A stretch of 64,000 nucleotides of DNA from Candidatus Eiseniibacteriota bacterium (GTDB lineage Bacteria > Eisenbacteria > RBG-16-71-46 > JABDJR01): NCBI GenBank assembly GCA_963783375.1, contig CAWANH010000017.1, positions 87,163 to 151,162 on the forward strand, in the 5' to 3' direction. The notes under the pieces were generated by a model that was not told the origin of the DNA, searched no databases, and saw only the letters and a program-made list of their open reading frames with translations. Of the stretch, positions 10,967 to 21,641 are shown piece after piece. Within the stretch, counting starts at the first letter, position 1, and each line of letters opens with the position of its first letter. Position numbers and translations under genes: made by a program.

Positions 10967-13900
10967 TTACTCCCGCTTCCAGTCCGGGAGCCGCCCCGGA
11001 GTCCAGGGCGCCCCCGCCGCCTCGGCCTTCTGCTCCAGGCCCTTGAGGTCCACCTCGATCAACGTTCGCAGCTTCCCCAGCACGTCCTCGAACTGCGCGG
11101 CGGCGATGTCGTAGTTCTCCCGGTGGGTCCTGGTGGGGGCCGAGGTGGACTCCCATTCCCCTCCCACGATCCGGTTCACCCGCTGGGTGATCGACGGGGA
11201 GGTCGGCTCCTGGCGCTTTCGCACCGTCTTGTCCCCGGTGAGGACGGTCATGAGGTCGTCCAGCCGGATCTCCAGGGCGCGGGTCTCCTCCAGGAGAGAA
11301 GGATCGGCTCCGGGGGCCTCGGCCAAGGCGCGCTTCAGGTAGTCGAGCCGGGTCTTGGCTTCGCCCGCCGCTTTCACCGCCCCCAACACCGCCCGCTGCA
11401 ACCGGGCGGTGGATTCCTGGAAGGCCACCAGCGCGTTGCGATCCGTGGCCGGGAGCGTGCTCCGGCCCACCGGGGACGCCTTGAACGACTGGGGTCCGGC
11501 GAGCGGGGTCTCCTCGCCGTTTCGAAGGAGAGCCATCGAGACCGAGTAGGTCCCGGGAGCGGCCAGCGGCCCCTTGGGGGCGCGCCAGGACTCCTCGCCG
11601 GAGGAGGGCGGCTTCAAGCCCACCGGATTGGGCGCCGGATAGCGGAGGTCCCAGGCCACCCGATGGAACCCGGCGGACACCGGGCCGGCGATCCGGCGGA
11701 CGACGTTCCCGTCGGTATCGGCGACGGTGAGAACCACCTCGGGCTTGGTCTCCCGGTCCTCGGCCCGGAGCGAATCCCACGGCGGGTAGTAGACCGGTTT
11801 CCCCTCCTTCACCAGCTTCTTCTCCCGGGCTTCCCGCTCCTCCTTCCGGGTCTTGAACGGGTCCCTGAGGTAGTAGGTGAACACCGCGCCGAACGGGGGA
11901 TTGGGGGCGGTGAAGAACGCGTCGCCCAGGCTCCCCTTCTCCTTTCCGCCGTAGGGGGTGGCGGGAACGTACATGGGGGCGTCGCGGACCGGGAGGAGCG
12001 CCGCTTTCCGGGCCAGGAACGCCTCGTTCACCGAGCGGAGGGGCGTATAGTCGTCGAGAATGTAGAACCCCCGGCCGAACGTGCCGGCCACCAGGTCGTT
12101 CTCCCGGCGCTGAACGGCCAGATCGAACACCGCGATGGTGGGCATCCCGCCCTCGAGCTTCACCCACCGCTTCCCGCGGTCCACGGTGAAGAAGAGCCCG
12201 AATTCGGTTCCCGCGAAGAGGAGATCGGGATCCTTCCCGTCCTCGGCCAGGGAGTAGACCGTGCCTCGCGGGGGGAGATCGCCGCCGATCGGGGACCAGT
12301 TGCGGCCGCGGTTCGCGCTCACGAAGAGGTACGGCTTGAAATCTCCCGCCTTGTGGTTGTCGAACGCCGCGTAGACCCGGTCCGGATCCGCCTGTGAGGC
12401 CAGGATCCGCGAGACGTAGGCCCGGTCCGGGACGCCGGAGATCTTCTCGATCTTCCGCCAGGTCTTCCCGCCGTCCTCGGAGACCTGGATCAGGCCGTCG
12501 TCGGTCCCGACGTACAGGAGGCCCTCGGTGAGCGGCGACTCGTCCACGGTGACGATCGTGCCGTAGACCGAGGTGGAGGTGTTCTTGGCCACCGCGTCCA
12601 CGCTCCAGACCCGGCCCATGATCGGGAGCCGGTTCCGGTCGAGGTTCCGGGTGAGGTCGGGGCTCACCGGGGTCCAGGAATCTCCCCGGTCGTCGCTTCG
12701 GAAGAGCCGCTGGGCCCCGAAGTAGAGCCGGGTGGGGGAGTGGGGGCTCACGAAGAGGGGCGCGCTCCAGTTCCAGCGGAGCGGCGCGTCGCCGGCGCCG
12801 GGTTGAGGCTGGATGTCGATCGCCTCGCCGTTCCGGCGGTCGTAGCGCACCAGTCCCCCGTACTGGGACTCCGAGTACACGATGTTCGGGTCCTTGGGGT
12901 CGATCGCGGCCTGGAACCCGTCTCCCCCCACGGTCCGGAACCAGTCGGCGTTGGTGATCCCGTGGACGGTGTTGGTGCGCGAGGGCCCGCCCAGGGTATT
13001 GTTGTCCTGGGTTCCCCCGTAGACGTGATAGAAGGGCCGGTCGTCGTCCACCGCGATCTTGTAGAACTGGGTGATCGGGAGGTTGGCCTTGAACTCCCAG
13101 GCCCGGCCCCGGTCCCAGGTCTCGTACAGCCCGCCGTCGCATCCCGCCACCAGGTGGTCGGTGTCGGCGGGATCGATCCAGAGCGCGTGGTTGTCCACGT
13201 GCTTGTACTTCGCCGGCACCCGCGTGAAGGTGGCGCCCCCGTCCTCGGTCACCATCAGATGGGTGTCCAGGGAGTAGACCCGCTCGGGGTTGTCGGGGTC
13301 GGGCACCAGCTCCTGGTAGTACTGGGGGCTGGAGGAGATGTAGTCGTTCATCTTCTTCCAGTGGCCCCCGGCGTCGCGGCTCCGGAAGAACCCGCCTTCC
13401 TTCCCCGAGGCCTCGACGATCGCGTACACCACGTCCGGGTTCGACGGCGCGATCGCGAGCCCGATCCGGCCCAGGTCCCCCTTGGGAAGGCCGTTGGTGA
13501 GCTTCGACCAGGTCGCTCCGCCGTCGGTGCTCTTGTACAACGCCGATTCGGGGCCGCCGTCGACCAGGGTCCACACCGTCCGCCCGCGCTGATAGGCCGA
13601 GGCGTACATGACGTCGGGGTTCCGGGGGTCGAGGACCAGGTCGCTCACCCCGGCCCACTTGCCGGGGGAGAGAATGCGACGTCCAGGTCTTGCCGCCGTC
13701 GTCGGTCTTGTAGAGGCCGCGGTCGCCGCCTCCCGACCACAACGGGCCCTGGGCGGCCACGTACACCACCTCGGAATTCCGGGGGTCGATCACGATCTTC
13801 CCGATGTGCTCGGAATGCTCCAGGCCGACGCGCGTCCATCCCGTCCCCCCGTCCACCGACTTGTAGACGCCGTCCCCGTAGCTCACGCTCCGCTGGCTGT

Positions 13901-14290
13901 TGTTCTCCCCGGTGCCGACCCAGACCGTGAGCGGGTTCTTCGGATCCACGGCGACGCAGCCGATGGAGTAGGAGCCGGCGGTGTCGAAAACCGCCTCCCA
14001 CGTCGTGCCCGCGTTGTCGGTCCTCCAGACGCCCCCCGAGGCCGCGGCCACGAACCAGACGTCGGGCTTTCGCGGATCGACGGCGATGTCGCCCACCCGG
14101 CCGGAGTTCATGGCGGGGCCGATGCCGCGTAAGGTGAGACCCTTGAAGGTGGAGGGTTTCATCGGGTCCTCGGTCTTCTTATCCGAGGCCCCGGCGGGGA
14201 GCGCGGCGCGGCCAGGGTCAGGGCGGCGGCGAGAGCCGCGGCGAGGGCGAAGGCCGGGGCGGGCGGGAACGGGCGGGCGAACGGTCGCAT
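10967..14290 (-). CDS. Secreted VPS10/sortilin-like BNR-repeat beta-propeller protein (glycosyl hydrolase-like); two apparent frameshifts (~14205, ~13680)
   Basis: Repeated S.D.G.TW Asp-boxes, GIGPA..SGRV.DIAVDP, GGTQDN, GTFGRG; signal peptide [22 protein letters not shown] from ATG 14290 after GAGGAGG; pieces lie in three frames. Confidence 0.88.
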
Positions 14291-14470
14291 CGATCTTCCT
14301 CCTCACGAGTCGCGGGCCGGGGCGCGCGGGAGCGGCCGGGCCCGGCCCCGGCGGCGGGCCCGCGGCATTGTACCGGATGACGGAGCGCGGTGCATGCCGG
14401 CCGGCGGTTCATCCCGATGCCCGTGGGGCGCGGCCTTGGGGCCGGTGTCCTTTCGTCTCGGCGCTCGCGT

Positions 14471-14733
14471 GCCCGGCCCGGGTCGTCGCGGCCATGCCCC
14501 GATCCTCCTCGGGCGCGAGCGCTCGGACCGTCCACCGGACGCTCACTCGCGCTCTCCCGCCCGGCCCGGGTCGTCGCGGCCATGCCCCGATCCTCCTCGG
14601 GCGCGAGCGCTCGGACCGTCCACCGGACGCTCACTCGCGCTCTCCCGCCCGGCCCGGGTCGTCGCGGCCATGCCCCGATCCTCCTCGGGCGCGAGCGCTC
14701 GGACCGTCCACCGGACGCTCACTCGCGCTCTCC
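14471..14733. repeat. Tandem repeat, 3 x 88 bp, identical copies, REP-like internal hairpin
   Basis: Units start at 14471, 14559 and 14647; each holds GGGCGCGAG...GTCC-ACC-GGAC...CTCGCGCTC. Confidence 0.95.
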
Positions 14734-14818
14734 TTCGACGAAACGGGGCCCGTTCACTCGGCCACCGCGAACCTGGGGGCAGTGCAAATCATGCCCGTTC
14801 ACTCCCATTTCGTCGAAG
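14733..14818. repeat. Inverted repeat CTTCGACGAAA/TTTCGTCGAAG enclosing direct repeat GCCCGTTCACTC x2
   Basis: IR arms 14733-14743 and 14808-14818; DR copies 14748-14759 and 14793-14804. Confidence 0.75.
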
Positions 14819-14932
14819 AGACCACTTCGTCGGATCGGGGCAGGTGTCCGCTCCTTCCGGGTCGGGCACCCGGAGTCCAGGATGGGGGGCAGGGCCGGCC
14901 CATCCGGCCCCCCCCGGGATCGTGGCCGCCGT

Positions 14933-15695
14933 GCTTCCCCGGGGAAGCAATGTTCGCAATAAAGGTGGCGCGATGGGACCTGCGAGCGCTCAGCCGTCGA
15001 ACGTTCGAGCGGCCCGGGTTCCATCGGAGCCGCGGGCGGGGGCACGGACGCTTCCCCGGGGAAGCAATGTTCGCAATAAAGGTGGCGCGAACGGACCCGC
15101 GCCCCCGTCGGCCGCCGGTCACCGCGTCGCGCTAAAAAAGCTATCTTGCACCAAGTGTACCCGGGTACTCGAGAATACAAACTCACGGGTTGTGGGAAAC
15201 GCGGGCGGTGCCCGCGACCAAAGATCACCCGGGTACACTGCCGCGCGTAGGTCCAGGCCGTCTCGTTGGCGGGCGGGGACACGGATGCTTCCCCGGGGAA
15301 GCAATGTTCGCAATAAGGCGCCGGTCGTGTTCCGCCGCTCAAACGGAGCTCGCAATCAGGGGTTCGGGATGGATGGAGCGCGAACCAGCCCCGACGCCGG
15401 TTTCGCCGTCGAGCGGACAACCCGCGCGTTTGGCAGGCAGCCCCGGGCGGAGTTGCACCCGGGTGCAAAACGTTCACAAAGAATGGTTCCGCTGGTGTTC
15501 CCCCAGGTGAACAGGGTTCGCAATAGAGTCCCGCGCACGCGCCCCGCAGGGAGGCCCCGGCGTGCTTCCCCGGGGAAGCAATGTTCGCAATAGAGCGCCG
15601 GTCGTGTTCCGCCGCTCAAACGGAGCTCGCAATCAGGGGTTCAAGGACAGCGGGGGCCGCTCCGGGGCCGGCCGAGGAAGTTCACCCGGGTGAAC
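14933..15695. repeat. Irregular array of palindromic repeats GCTTCCCCGGGGAAGC-AATGTTCGCAATA plus variants
   Basis: Exact 29-bp copies at 14933, 15050, 15287 and 15564; variant palindromes near 15155, 15453, 15496 and 15680. Confidence 0.92.
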
Positions 15696-15795
15696 CGTGG
15701 CCGTACCCCGGACCTGCCACGATTCCGCGCGCACGGTCCCCGGGCGGGACCGCCCGTCTCGGACGGACTACCCCGGACGAACTACCCTGCCCCGG

Positions 15796-16989
15796 CTACT
15801 CCGGCCGTGGGGCGCCCTTCCGGCTCCCGGCGTAGATCTCGAAGAGGAGGAACCGGAGCGCCAGGGACCCGCCGCCCACCGCCAGGCGACGCTTCGGCTT
15901 GAGCCCGACCGCCTTCTCCAGCCCGCCGCGGGGGAGCACCAGGGCCAGGCGCGTTCCGGTAGCGTGATGCTTCACCCGGTGGACGAACTCGCGGAGGAGT
16001 TCGGCGGCGCTTTCGCGGTCGGAGAGGCGTTCGCCGTAGGGGGGATTGCTCACGATCCACCCACCGCCGGCTTCGATGGAGAGCGCCTCCCGCCGTTCGA
16101 GGCGCACCGCGCGCGCCACACCGGCTTTCGCCGCGTTGCCCCGGGCCACCGCCAGGGTGGTCTCCGAAACGTCGGAGCCTCGGATGGGGTGGGGTGGGGC
16201 CGGCAGGCTTTCCGCGGCCGCCCGCTCGAGTTCCCGTTCCAGGGGCCGCGCGCACTCCGGGAAGAGCCGATGGGCCGCGAATCCGCGGGCCGGCCGGAGG
16301 AGCCCCGGCGCCCGCCGCGTGGCGATGAGCGCGGCTTCGATGACCAGGGTGCCGCTCCCGCAGAAGGGATCGGTGAAGAGTTCGCTCCCGTCGTAGCCGG
16401 CGAAGCGGAGGAGCGCGGCGGCCCGGTTCTCGCGCAGGGGGGCTTCGGCCCCTTCCTCGCGATAGCCGCGGCGGTGGAGCGGCTCCCCCGAGAGATCGAC
16501 CGAGAGCTCGCATCGCCCCCGGTGGAAGAACGCGGTGAGCCGGACGTCGGGATCGCGGCGATCCACGTCGGGACGGGGGAGTCCCCGGTGACGGAACTCG
16601 TCGCAGATCGCGTCCTTGATCTTGAGCGGGGCGAAGGAGAGCTTGTAGTCGGTTCCCTCGACGCTCCCGGCGGCGTGGATGGCGATCGAGCGCGAAGGGG
16701 GAAAGAGGTCCGGCCAGGGGATCCGGCGCACCTGGTCGTAGAGCATGGCCTGGTGGCGCGCCGAGAACTCGCGGAGGGAGAGGAGAAGCCGGGAGGCGAT
16801 CCGGGAGCGCACCATCACCCGGGCCGCCGCGGCCCAATCGCCGTCGAGCACCAGGGGCCCGCCCGGGGTCGGCTCGGGCTCGAGGCCGAACTCGCGGAGC
16901 TCGTCGAGCAGCAGCGCTTCCAGACCGGGCACGGTGGTGACCAGGAATCGGTGGGGGCCGGCGAGGGTCGCTTTCCGGGATCTGGGCAC
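15796..16989 (-). CDS. THUMP-domain SAM-dependent RNA methyltransferase (RlmL/YpsC-like)
   Basis: GLE.LL..EL, DLSGEPLHRRGYR, APLRENRAAA, DPFCGSGT..IEAA, SNPPYGER; GTG start at 16989. Confidence 0.92.
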   Translation of the reverse strand: MPRSRKATLAGPHRFLVTTVPGLEALLLDELREFGLEPEPTPGGPLVLDGDWAAAARVMVRSRIASRLLLSLREFSARHQAMLYDQVRRIPWPDLFPPSRSIAIHAAGSVEGTDYKLSFAPLKIKDAICDEFRHRGLPRPDVDRRDPDVRLTAFFHRGRCELSVDLSGEPLHRRGYREEGAEAPLRENRAAALLRFAGYDGSELFTDPFCGSGTLVIEAALIATRRAPGLLRPARGFAAHRLFPECARPLERELERAAAESLPAPPHPIRGSDVSETTLAVARGNAAKAGVARAVRLERREALSIEAGGGWIVSNPPYGERLSDRESAAELLREFVHRVKHHATGTRLALVLPRGGLEKAVGLKPKRRLAVGGGSLALRFLLFEIYAGSRKGAPRPE

Positions 16990-17197
16990 GGGGTCTCCGG
17001 GGTACGGGTTCAGGCGATCGCCGGGCCGCTCGACCCCGGTCGGATCGAGACACGAAGGGGACGAGCCGCTTCGTGGCAAGGCGATGGGCCGCGCTCTCCG
17101 GATAGTGCGCCCGAAGGTGGCCTTCTTCAAGGGCGATGCGGCCTCCCATCGGGAGCCTCCCCGGCGGAGTCCGAAACCGAGGCGCCCGAACCCCGTT

Positions 17198-17245
17198 GCT
17201 TCATTGTGCAAAGTACTTGACGGAGCCAGACGGCTCGCCTATCTT
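17198..17245 (+). promoter_or_regulatory. Sigma-70 promoter (leaderless) with an adjacent operator-like site
   Basis: TTGACG(17217)-17 bp-TATCTT(17240), 6 nt before ATG 17252; imperfect inverted repeat GCTTCA-N5-CAAAGT and AAGTACTT just upstream of the -35. Confidence 0.6.
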
Positions 17246-17251
17246 CCCCCC

Positions 17252-17845
17252 ATGGCGATCACCCCTCCGACCCCCGCGCTCCACGACCGGGCGGCCGAGA
17301 ACCTCCGTTTCATCCGCGACACCATGACGCGCTCCGCCGCGTTCACCGCGGTCCCCGGATGGGGGGGGATGGCCATGGGGGCCACCGCCCTGGGCGCGGC
17401 CGCGCTCGCCCATCGCCAACCCACTCCCGCCCGCTGGCTGGCGGTCTGGCTGGCCGCCGCCGCGCTGGCCTTTCTCACCGGGGCGCTCTTCATGCGGCGG
17501 AAGGCCCTGGTCTCGGGCATCCCGCTTCTGGCCGGGGCGGGGCGGCGCTTCGTGCTGGCCACCGCCCCGCCGCTCCTGGCCGGCGCGCTCCTGACCGCGG
17601 CCCTGGCCGACCGGTCCCGGTACGAGCTCCTTCCCGCGGTCTGGCTCCTTCTCTACGGGACCGGGGTGGCCACCGGGGGCTCGGCCTCGATCCGGATCAT
17701 CCCCCTCATGGGGATCTGCTTCATGCTCCTGGGGGCGGCCGCCCTGGTCGCGCCCGAGACCTGGGGGGACCCCTTCATGGCCGCGGGGTTCGGCGGGCTC
17801 CAGCTCGTGTTCGGAGCGGTCATCGCGCGGAGGCACGGTGGCTAG
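17252..17845 (+). CDS. Conserved membrane protein co-transcribed with an HTH regulator
   Basis: A.ENLRFIR.TM.R N-terminus, ~6 TM helices, FGGLQLVFG..IARRHGG C-terminus; overlaps the next gene. Confidence 0.8.
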   Translation: MAITPPTPALHDRAAENLRFIRDTMTRSAAFTAVPGWGGMAMGATALGAAALAHRQPTPARWLAVWLAAAALAFLTGALFMRRKALVSGIPLLAGAGRRFVLATAPPLLAGALLTAALADRSRYELLPAVWLLLYGTGVATGGSASIRIIPLMGICFMLLGAAALVAPETWGDPFMAAGFGGLQLVFGAVIARRHGG

Positions 17846-18209
17846 GCGCGCCGCCGCCCGCCGCGCGACCGGGTCCGTCCGGGGGGAGCGGAGCGCGCGC
17901 GCGCTCCCTCGCCGGGCCCTCGATCTCGACCGGCTGATCCACGAGCGGGTCCGGCTGGGCATCGTGAGCGCCCTCGCCGTGAACGTGTCCCTCACCTTCA
18001 ACGAGCTTCGAAGCCTCCTGGAGACCACCGACGGCAACCTCAGCGTCCACGCCCGGAAGCTCGAGGAAGCGGGCTATCTCGTCTGCACCAAGTCCTTCGA
18101 AGGGAGAAAGCCCAAGTCGGAGTACCGGCTCACCGAGACCGGCCGGCGCGCGCTGGACCGCTACCTGAAACACATGGAAGCCCTCATCCGGACCACCCGG
18201 GAGGCATGA
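17838..18209 (+). CDS. Winged-helix transcriptional regulator (HTH_34/ArsR-MarR-like)
   Basis: LDRLIHERVRLGI.SAL...TDGNLSVHARKLEEAGY...K.F.GRKP...Y.LT..GR. Confidence 0.92.
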   Translation: MARRAAARRATGSVRGERSARALPRRALDLDRLIHERVRLGIVSALAVNVSLTFNELRSLLETTDGNLSVHARKLEEAGYLVCTKSFEGRKPKSEYRLTETGRRALDRYLKHMEALIRTTREA

Positions 18210-18286
18210 TCGACGGGCGGCCCGGGATTCGCTGATCGCCACCCAAGGCCTCCGCAACCCCGCCCACCGCGCTACAATCGCCGGTC

Positions 18287-19425
18287 ATGGAATCTGCTGA
18301 ATTCGTGATCATCGGAGGCGGGCTCGCCGGCGCCGCCGCGGCCTACCATCTCGCCCGCGAAGGTGCGACCGGGGTGGTCGTCCTGGAGAAGGAATCCGTC
18401 CCCGGGGTCCACTCCTCCGGACGGAACGCGGCCATCCTCCGGGTGGTGGTGGCCGGCCGTGAGGTGGCCGCCCTGGCCCGTGACGGGGGCGCGTTCATCC
18501 GGGACACCCCCTCGGACTGGCAGGAGCCGATCGGGTTCATCCCGAGCGGCTCCCTCCTGACCGGTGGGCGGGAAGCCCTGGAAGCAATGGTCGCCGACAC
18601 CCCCGGCGACGCCCTGGCCGAGCTGGAGGTCGAGTGGTGGTCTCCCGAGCGGGCCCGGGCGCGGGTGGATCTCCTGCGCGGGGCCGAATTCGAGGCCGCC
18701 CTCTGGTGTCCCCGGGACGGAGTGATCGAGGTGGCGGGGCTTCTGGCCGGCTACCTGCGGGAGGGAAGACGGCGCGGGGTTCGCATCCTCACCGGGACCG
18801 AGGTTCGTTCCATCAGGGTCCGGGACGGCGCCGTGGAGGGCGTGGAAACGAACCACGGGTTCATCCGCACCCCCGCGGTGGTGAACGCGGCCGGGCCCTG
18901 GGGACGGGAGGTCGCCCGCATGGCCGGCGCGGTGGACGCACCGATCACCCCGTTCCGCCGCCACCTCTACGACAGCGGCCCGCTCGCCTGGGTGGACCGG
19001 AACCTCCCCGTGGTCTGGAACCCCACCTCCGGGGTCTACTTCCGCCCCGAGTCCGGGGGGCTCCTCCTCAGCCCGTGCGACGAGACCTCGGCCGAGCCGG
19101 GAGTCCCCGCCGTCGATCCCGCCGTCCTCGAACAGCTCGCCGAGAAGCTTTCCCGCCACTTTCCCGCCCTCGCCGACGTTCCCGTTCGCCGCGGCTGGGC
19201 CGGCCTCCGCACCTTCCCCCCGATCACCGGTTCGTGATCGGCTGGGATCCCGGGGTGAAGGGGTTCTTCTGGTCGGCGGGGTACGGGGGACATGGGGTGA
19301 CCTGCAGCGCCTCGGCCGGCCGGCTCGCCGCCCGCCTGCTCCTCGGAGCGAACCCTCCCGAGGCCGCCCCCTTCGCCCCCGATCGTTTCCTGGCCACGGA
19401 CCTCGCGTCGCCGGGGAAGGCATGA
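18287..19425 (+). CDS. FAD-dependent oxidoreductase (DAO/sarcosine oxidase beta family); 1-nt frameshift at the C6 run 19216-19221
   Basis: IIGGGLAG, SSGRNA, VVNAAGPW, WAGLRT; C-terminus DHRFVIGWDP...GYGGHG continues in another frame to 19425. Confidence 0.9.
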
Positions 19426-21641
19426 GCGGTAAGTCGAAGCCGGCATCCCCGAAGCACAGGGTCTCCCGGCTCTCCAGGATCTTCCCTCCGGGGTGGCGGG
19501 TCCCCGTGGCACTGGTGATGATTCTGGGGTTCGGGCTCTTCGTTCGCCTGGAGGATCGGCGGGTCTTCGCCGAGAACCCGCTCTACTGGGCGGCAACCCA
19601 GACCCACCTCGCCCTCTCGCGGGGGCTGGCTGACGGGCGTCCGTTCTTCTACCGGGAGGACGATCAGGAAACGGCGAGGCGATTCCTGTTGGATGGGGAC
19701 GGGTTCCGCCGCCCCCTCGCCGGGTACGACGCCATGGTCGACTCCGTTCGCGCCGCCAACGGCGAGGCCCCCTACGTTCCCTGCTTCGCCGATCAGAGCG
19801 GCTGGGGCGCGTTCGTCTTCCTGGCCCGGCACGTTCCCGGCGTCCACAGTCTCTACGACGTCTCGCTGATCCAGATCCTCATCGATCTCGGGGCGCTCCT
19901 GCTCCTCTATCCCATCGCCATGTTCGTGACCGGGCGGCGATGGATCGCGCTCCTCACCTGCGCGCTCTACGCGGCCTACTTTCCGGCGGCCTACGCCGCC
20001 GCCGAACCGTTCCGCGACGGCTGGCCGGGATTCGCGGCGATCTACGCCACCGCGCTGATGCTCCCGGTCTGGAAGCGCGGACCTCAGGGGGTGGTGCGAT
20101 CGGCGGGCTGGCTGGTCGCGGCGGGGGTCGTGGTCGGCATCGCCACCTACGTCCGTTCGACCGCGGTGACCGGGCCGTTGGTCCTGGCGCTGATCACCTG
20201 GCTCCTCTGGCGCCGGGTTCGCGCGGCGGCGGTGGTGGGCGCGGTCCTGGTCGCGGCCACCGTCCTCACCCTCGTCCCCTGGATGACGATCACCGCGCGG
20301 AGTGCCGGAGTGGTGGCGCTCACCTCGAGCGGGAGCGGTCATTCCCTGCTCACCGGGTTGGGCGAGGACAAGGACAACCCCCTGGGTCTCCGGTTCCGCG
20401 ACCGGTCCACGGAAGACTACGTGATCCGTGTCTGCGGTTACGACGTCCCCTACGGCTCGTTCACCTACAGCGCGGCGTGCTCCCGCGAGGCCGACCGCTT
20501 CATCTCCAACCATCGCGGATGGTACGCCGGCCTGGTGGCCGGGCGCCTCGGCGGGTACGTGGTGCGCGACCCGGTGGAGAAGCTCAAGTGGGGGTGGGGG
20601 ACCCGCATCGATCAGGCGACCCGGATCGGGGTGGAACGGTACCTGGCCCCGATCGGGCTGGCGGGACTGATCGTGGGTCTGTTCATCTTTCCCGGGGCGT
20701 GGATACCCCTGATTTGGGTGGTGGGGTTCTGCGGCACGATCGTCCCCGTCCAGACGCATCCGCGGCTGCTCATGGGGGTGGATTGGGCCCTGCTCCTGGG
20801 GGTCTTGATGCTGGTGGGGGCCGCGGCGCGCGGCGTGGCCCATCTGAGGGGGCGCCGGCGTCCGGGGAGGCGGGCCGGGCCGAAACCCCCCCGCGAATCC
20901 GGCGGGACCCCGGTGGAGCGGACACGGGGATTCCTCGCGTTGGCCGCGGCGGCGGGTGCGGTGGACCTGACTGTGCTGGTGCTCCTGGTCGCGTTCGCCC
21001 CCAAGGCGCCGGCCCCCGCTCACGACTGGCGGCGAGAGATGGCGAGCCCCGACCCGGCGGTCCGGCTCCGGTGCCTGGAAAGGGCGGGGGCGGTGGGTCA
21101 CGCGGGGCTTCCGGTTCTCCTGGAGGGAAAGACCGACCCCGACGCCGAGGTTCGCGCCGAGGCGGGGAAGCAGATCGCGGGGCTGGAGGTCCAGGCCTTC
21201 CGGGTCGACTTCGCGGACGGAAAGCTGCCGCCCACGACGCCGCCTCCCGGCGCCAGGTACGACGTCGTTTCCGACGGCGGCGCGGGAGCCGTCCCTTACC
21301 TCCGGATCATCGCCCCGCCCGGGCCCCTCGCACCTCTCCTGGGCTTCACGTACACTCACGCCGTGCCCGGTTCCTACCGCCTCCGGGTCTGCGGGCGGTT
21401 CGACCATCGGGTCGTGGTCAGTTTCCTGACCACGGATCCCCTCGAGACGCGAAGGGGGATGGAAGTGATGCCGGACGACATGATTCCCATGACCGGCTTC
21501 CGCACCGTGAACATCCCCTTCGAGAAATCATCCGACGACTCCCTGCTTCAGATCATCTTCGGTTGCGGGGCGAGCGGGGACCGGGATACTTCGAGGCCCC
21601 GCGCGGACTTCCAGTTCATCGAACTCCGGATGTCCCGATGA
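19422..21641 (+). CDS. Polytopic membrane protein, probable GT-C fold glycosyltransferase, with C-terminal HEAT-like repeat and soluble domain
   Basis: About 10 TM helices, GIATYVRS motif, periplasmic loops, SPDPAVR...DPDAEVRAEA HEAT-like pair; ATGA overlaps on both sides. Confidence 0.6.
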   Translation: MSGKSKPASPKHRVSRLSRIFPPGWRVPVALVMILGFGLFVRLEDRRVFAENPLYWAATQTHLALSRGLADGRPFFYREDDQETARRFLLDGDGFRRPLAGYDAMVDSVRAANGEAPYVPCFADQSGWGAFVFLARHVPGVHSLYDVSLIQILIDLGALLLLYPIAMFVTGRRWIALLTCALYAAYFPAAYAAAEPFRDGWPGFAAIYATALMLPVWKRGPQGVVRSAGWLVAAGVVVGIATYVRSTAVTGPLVLALITWLLWRRVRAAAVVGAVLVAATVLTLVPWMTITARSAGVVALTSSGSGHSLLTGLGEDKDNPLGLRFRDRSTEDYVIRVCGYDVPYGSFTYSAACSREADRFISNHRGWYAGLVAGRLGGYVVRDPVEKLKWGWGTRIDQATRIGVERYLAPIGLAGLIVGLFIFPGAWIPLIWVVGFCGTIVPVQTHPRLLMGVDWALLLGVLMLVGAAARGVAHLRGRRRPGRRAGPKPPRESGGTPVERTRGFLALAAAAGAVDLTVLVLLVAFAPKAPAPAHDWRREMASPDPAVRLRCLERAGAVGHAGLPVLLEGKTDPDAEVRAEAGKQIAGLEVQAFRVDFADGKLPPTTPPPGARYDVVSDGGAGAVPYLRIIAPPGPLAPLLGFTYTHAVPGSYRLRVCGRFDHRVVVSFLTTDPLETRRGMEVMPDDMIPMTGFRTVNIPFEKSSDDSLLQIIFGCGASGDRDTSRPRADFQFIELRMSR

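Noticed and set aside
14719-15477. 252-aa ORF with three in-frame YCEHCFPGEA (CxxC) repeats
   Set aside because: The motif is just the translation of the DNA repeat; the rest is Arg/Pro-rich with no RBS, and the fourth copy is out of frame
14933-15642. CRISPR array
   Set aside because: Repeat length (~29 bp) and palindromy fit, but the spacers are ~90-250 bp, irregular and partly duplicated, and no cas genes are present
19216-19221. Programmed frameshift or phase-variable poly-C tract in the oxidoreductase
   Set aside because: The run is only 6 nt and similar indels occur in unrelated genes, so sequencing error is more parsimonious
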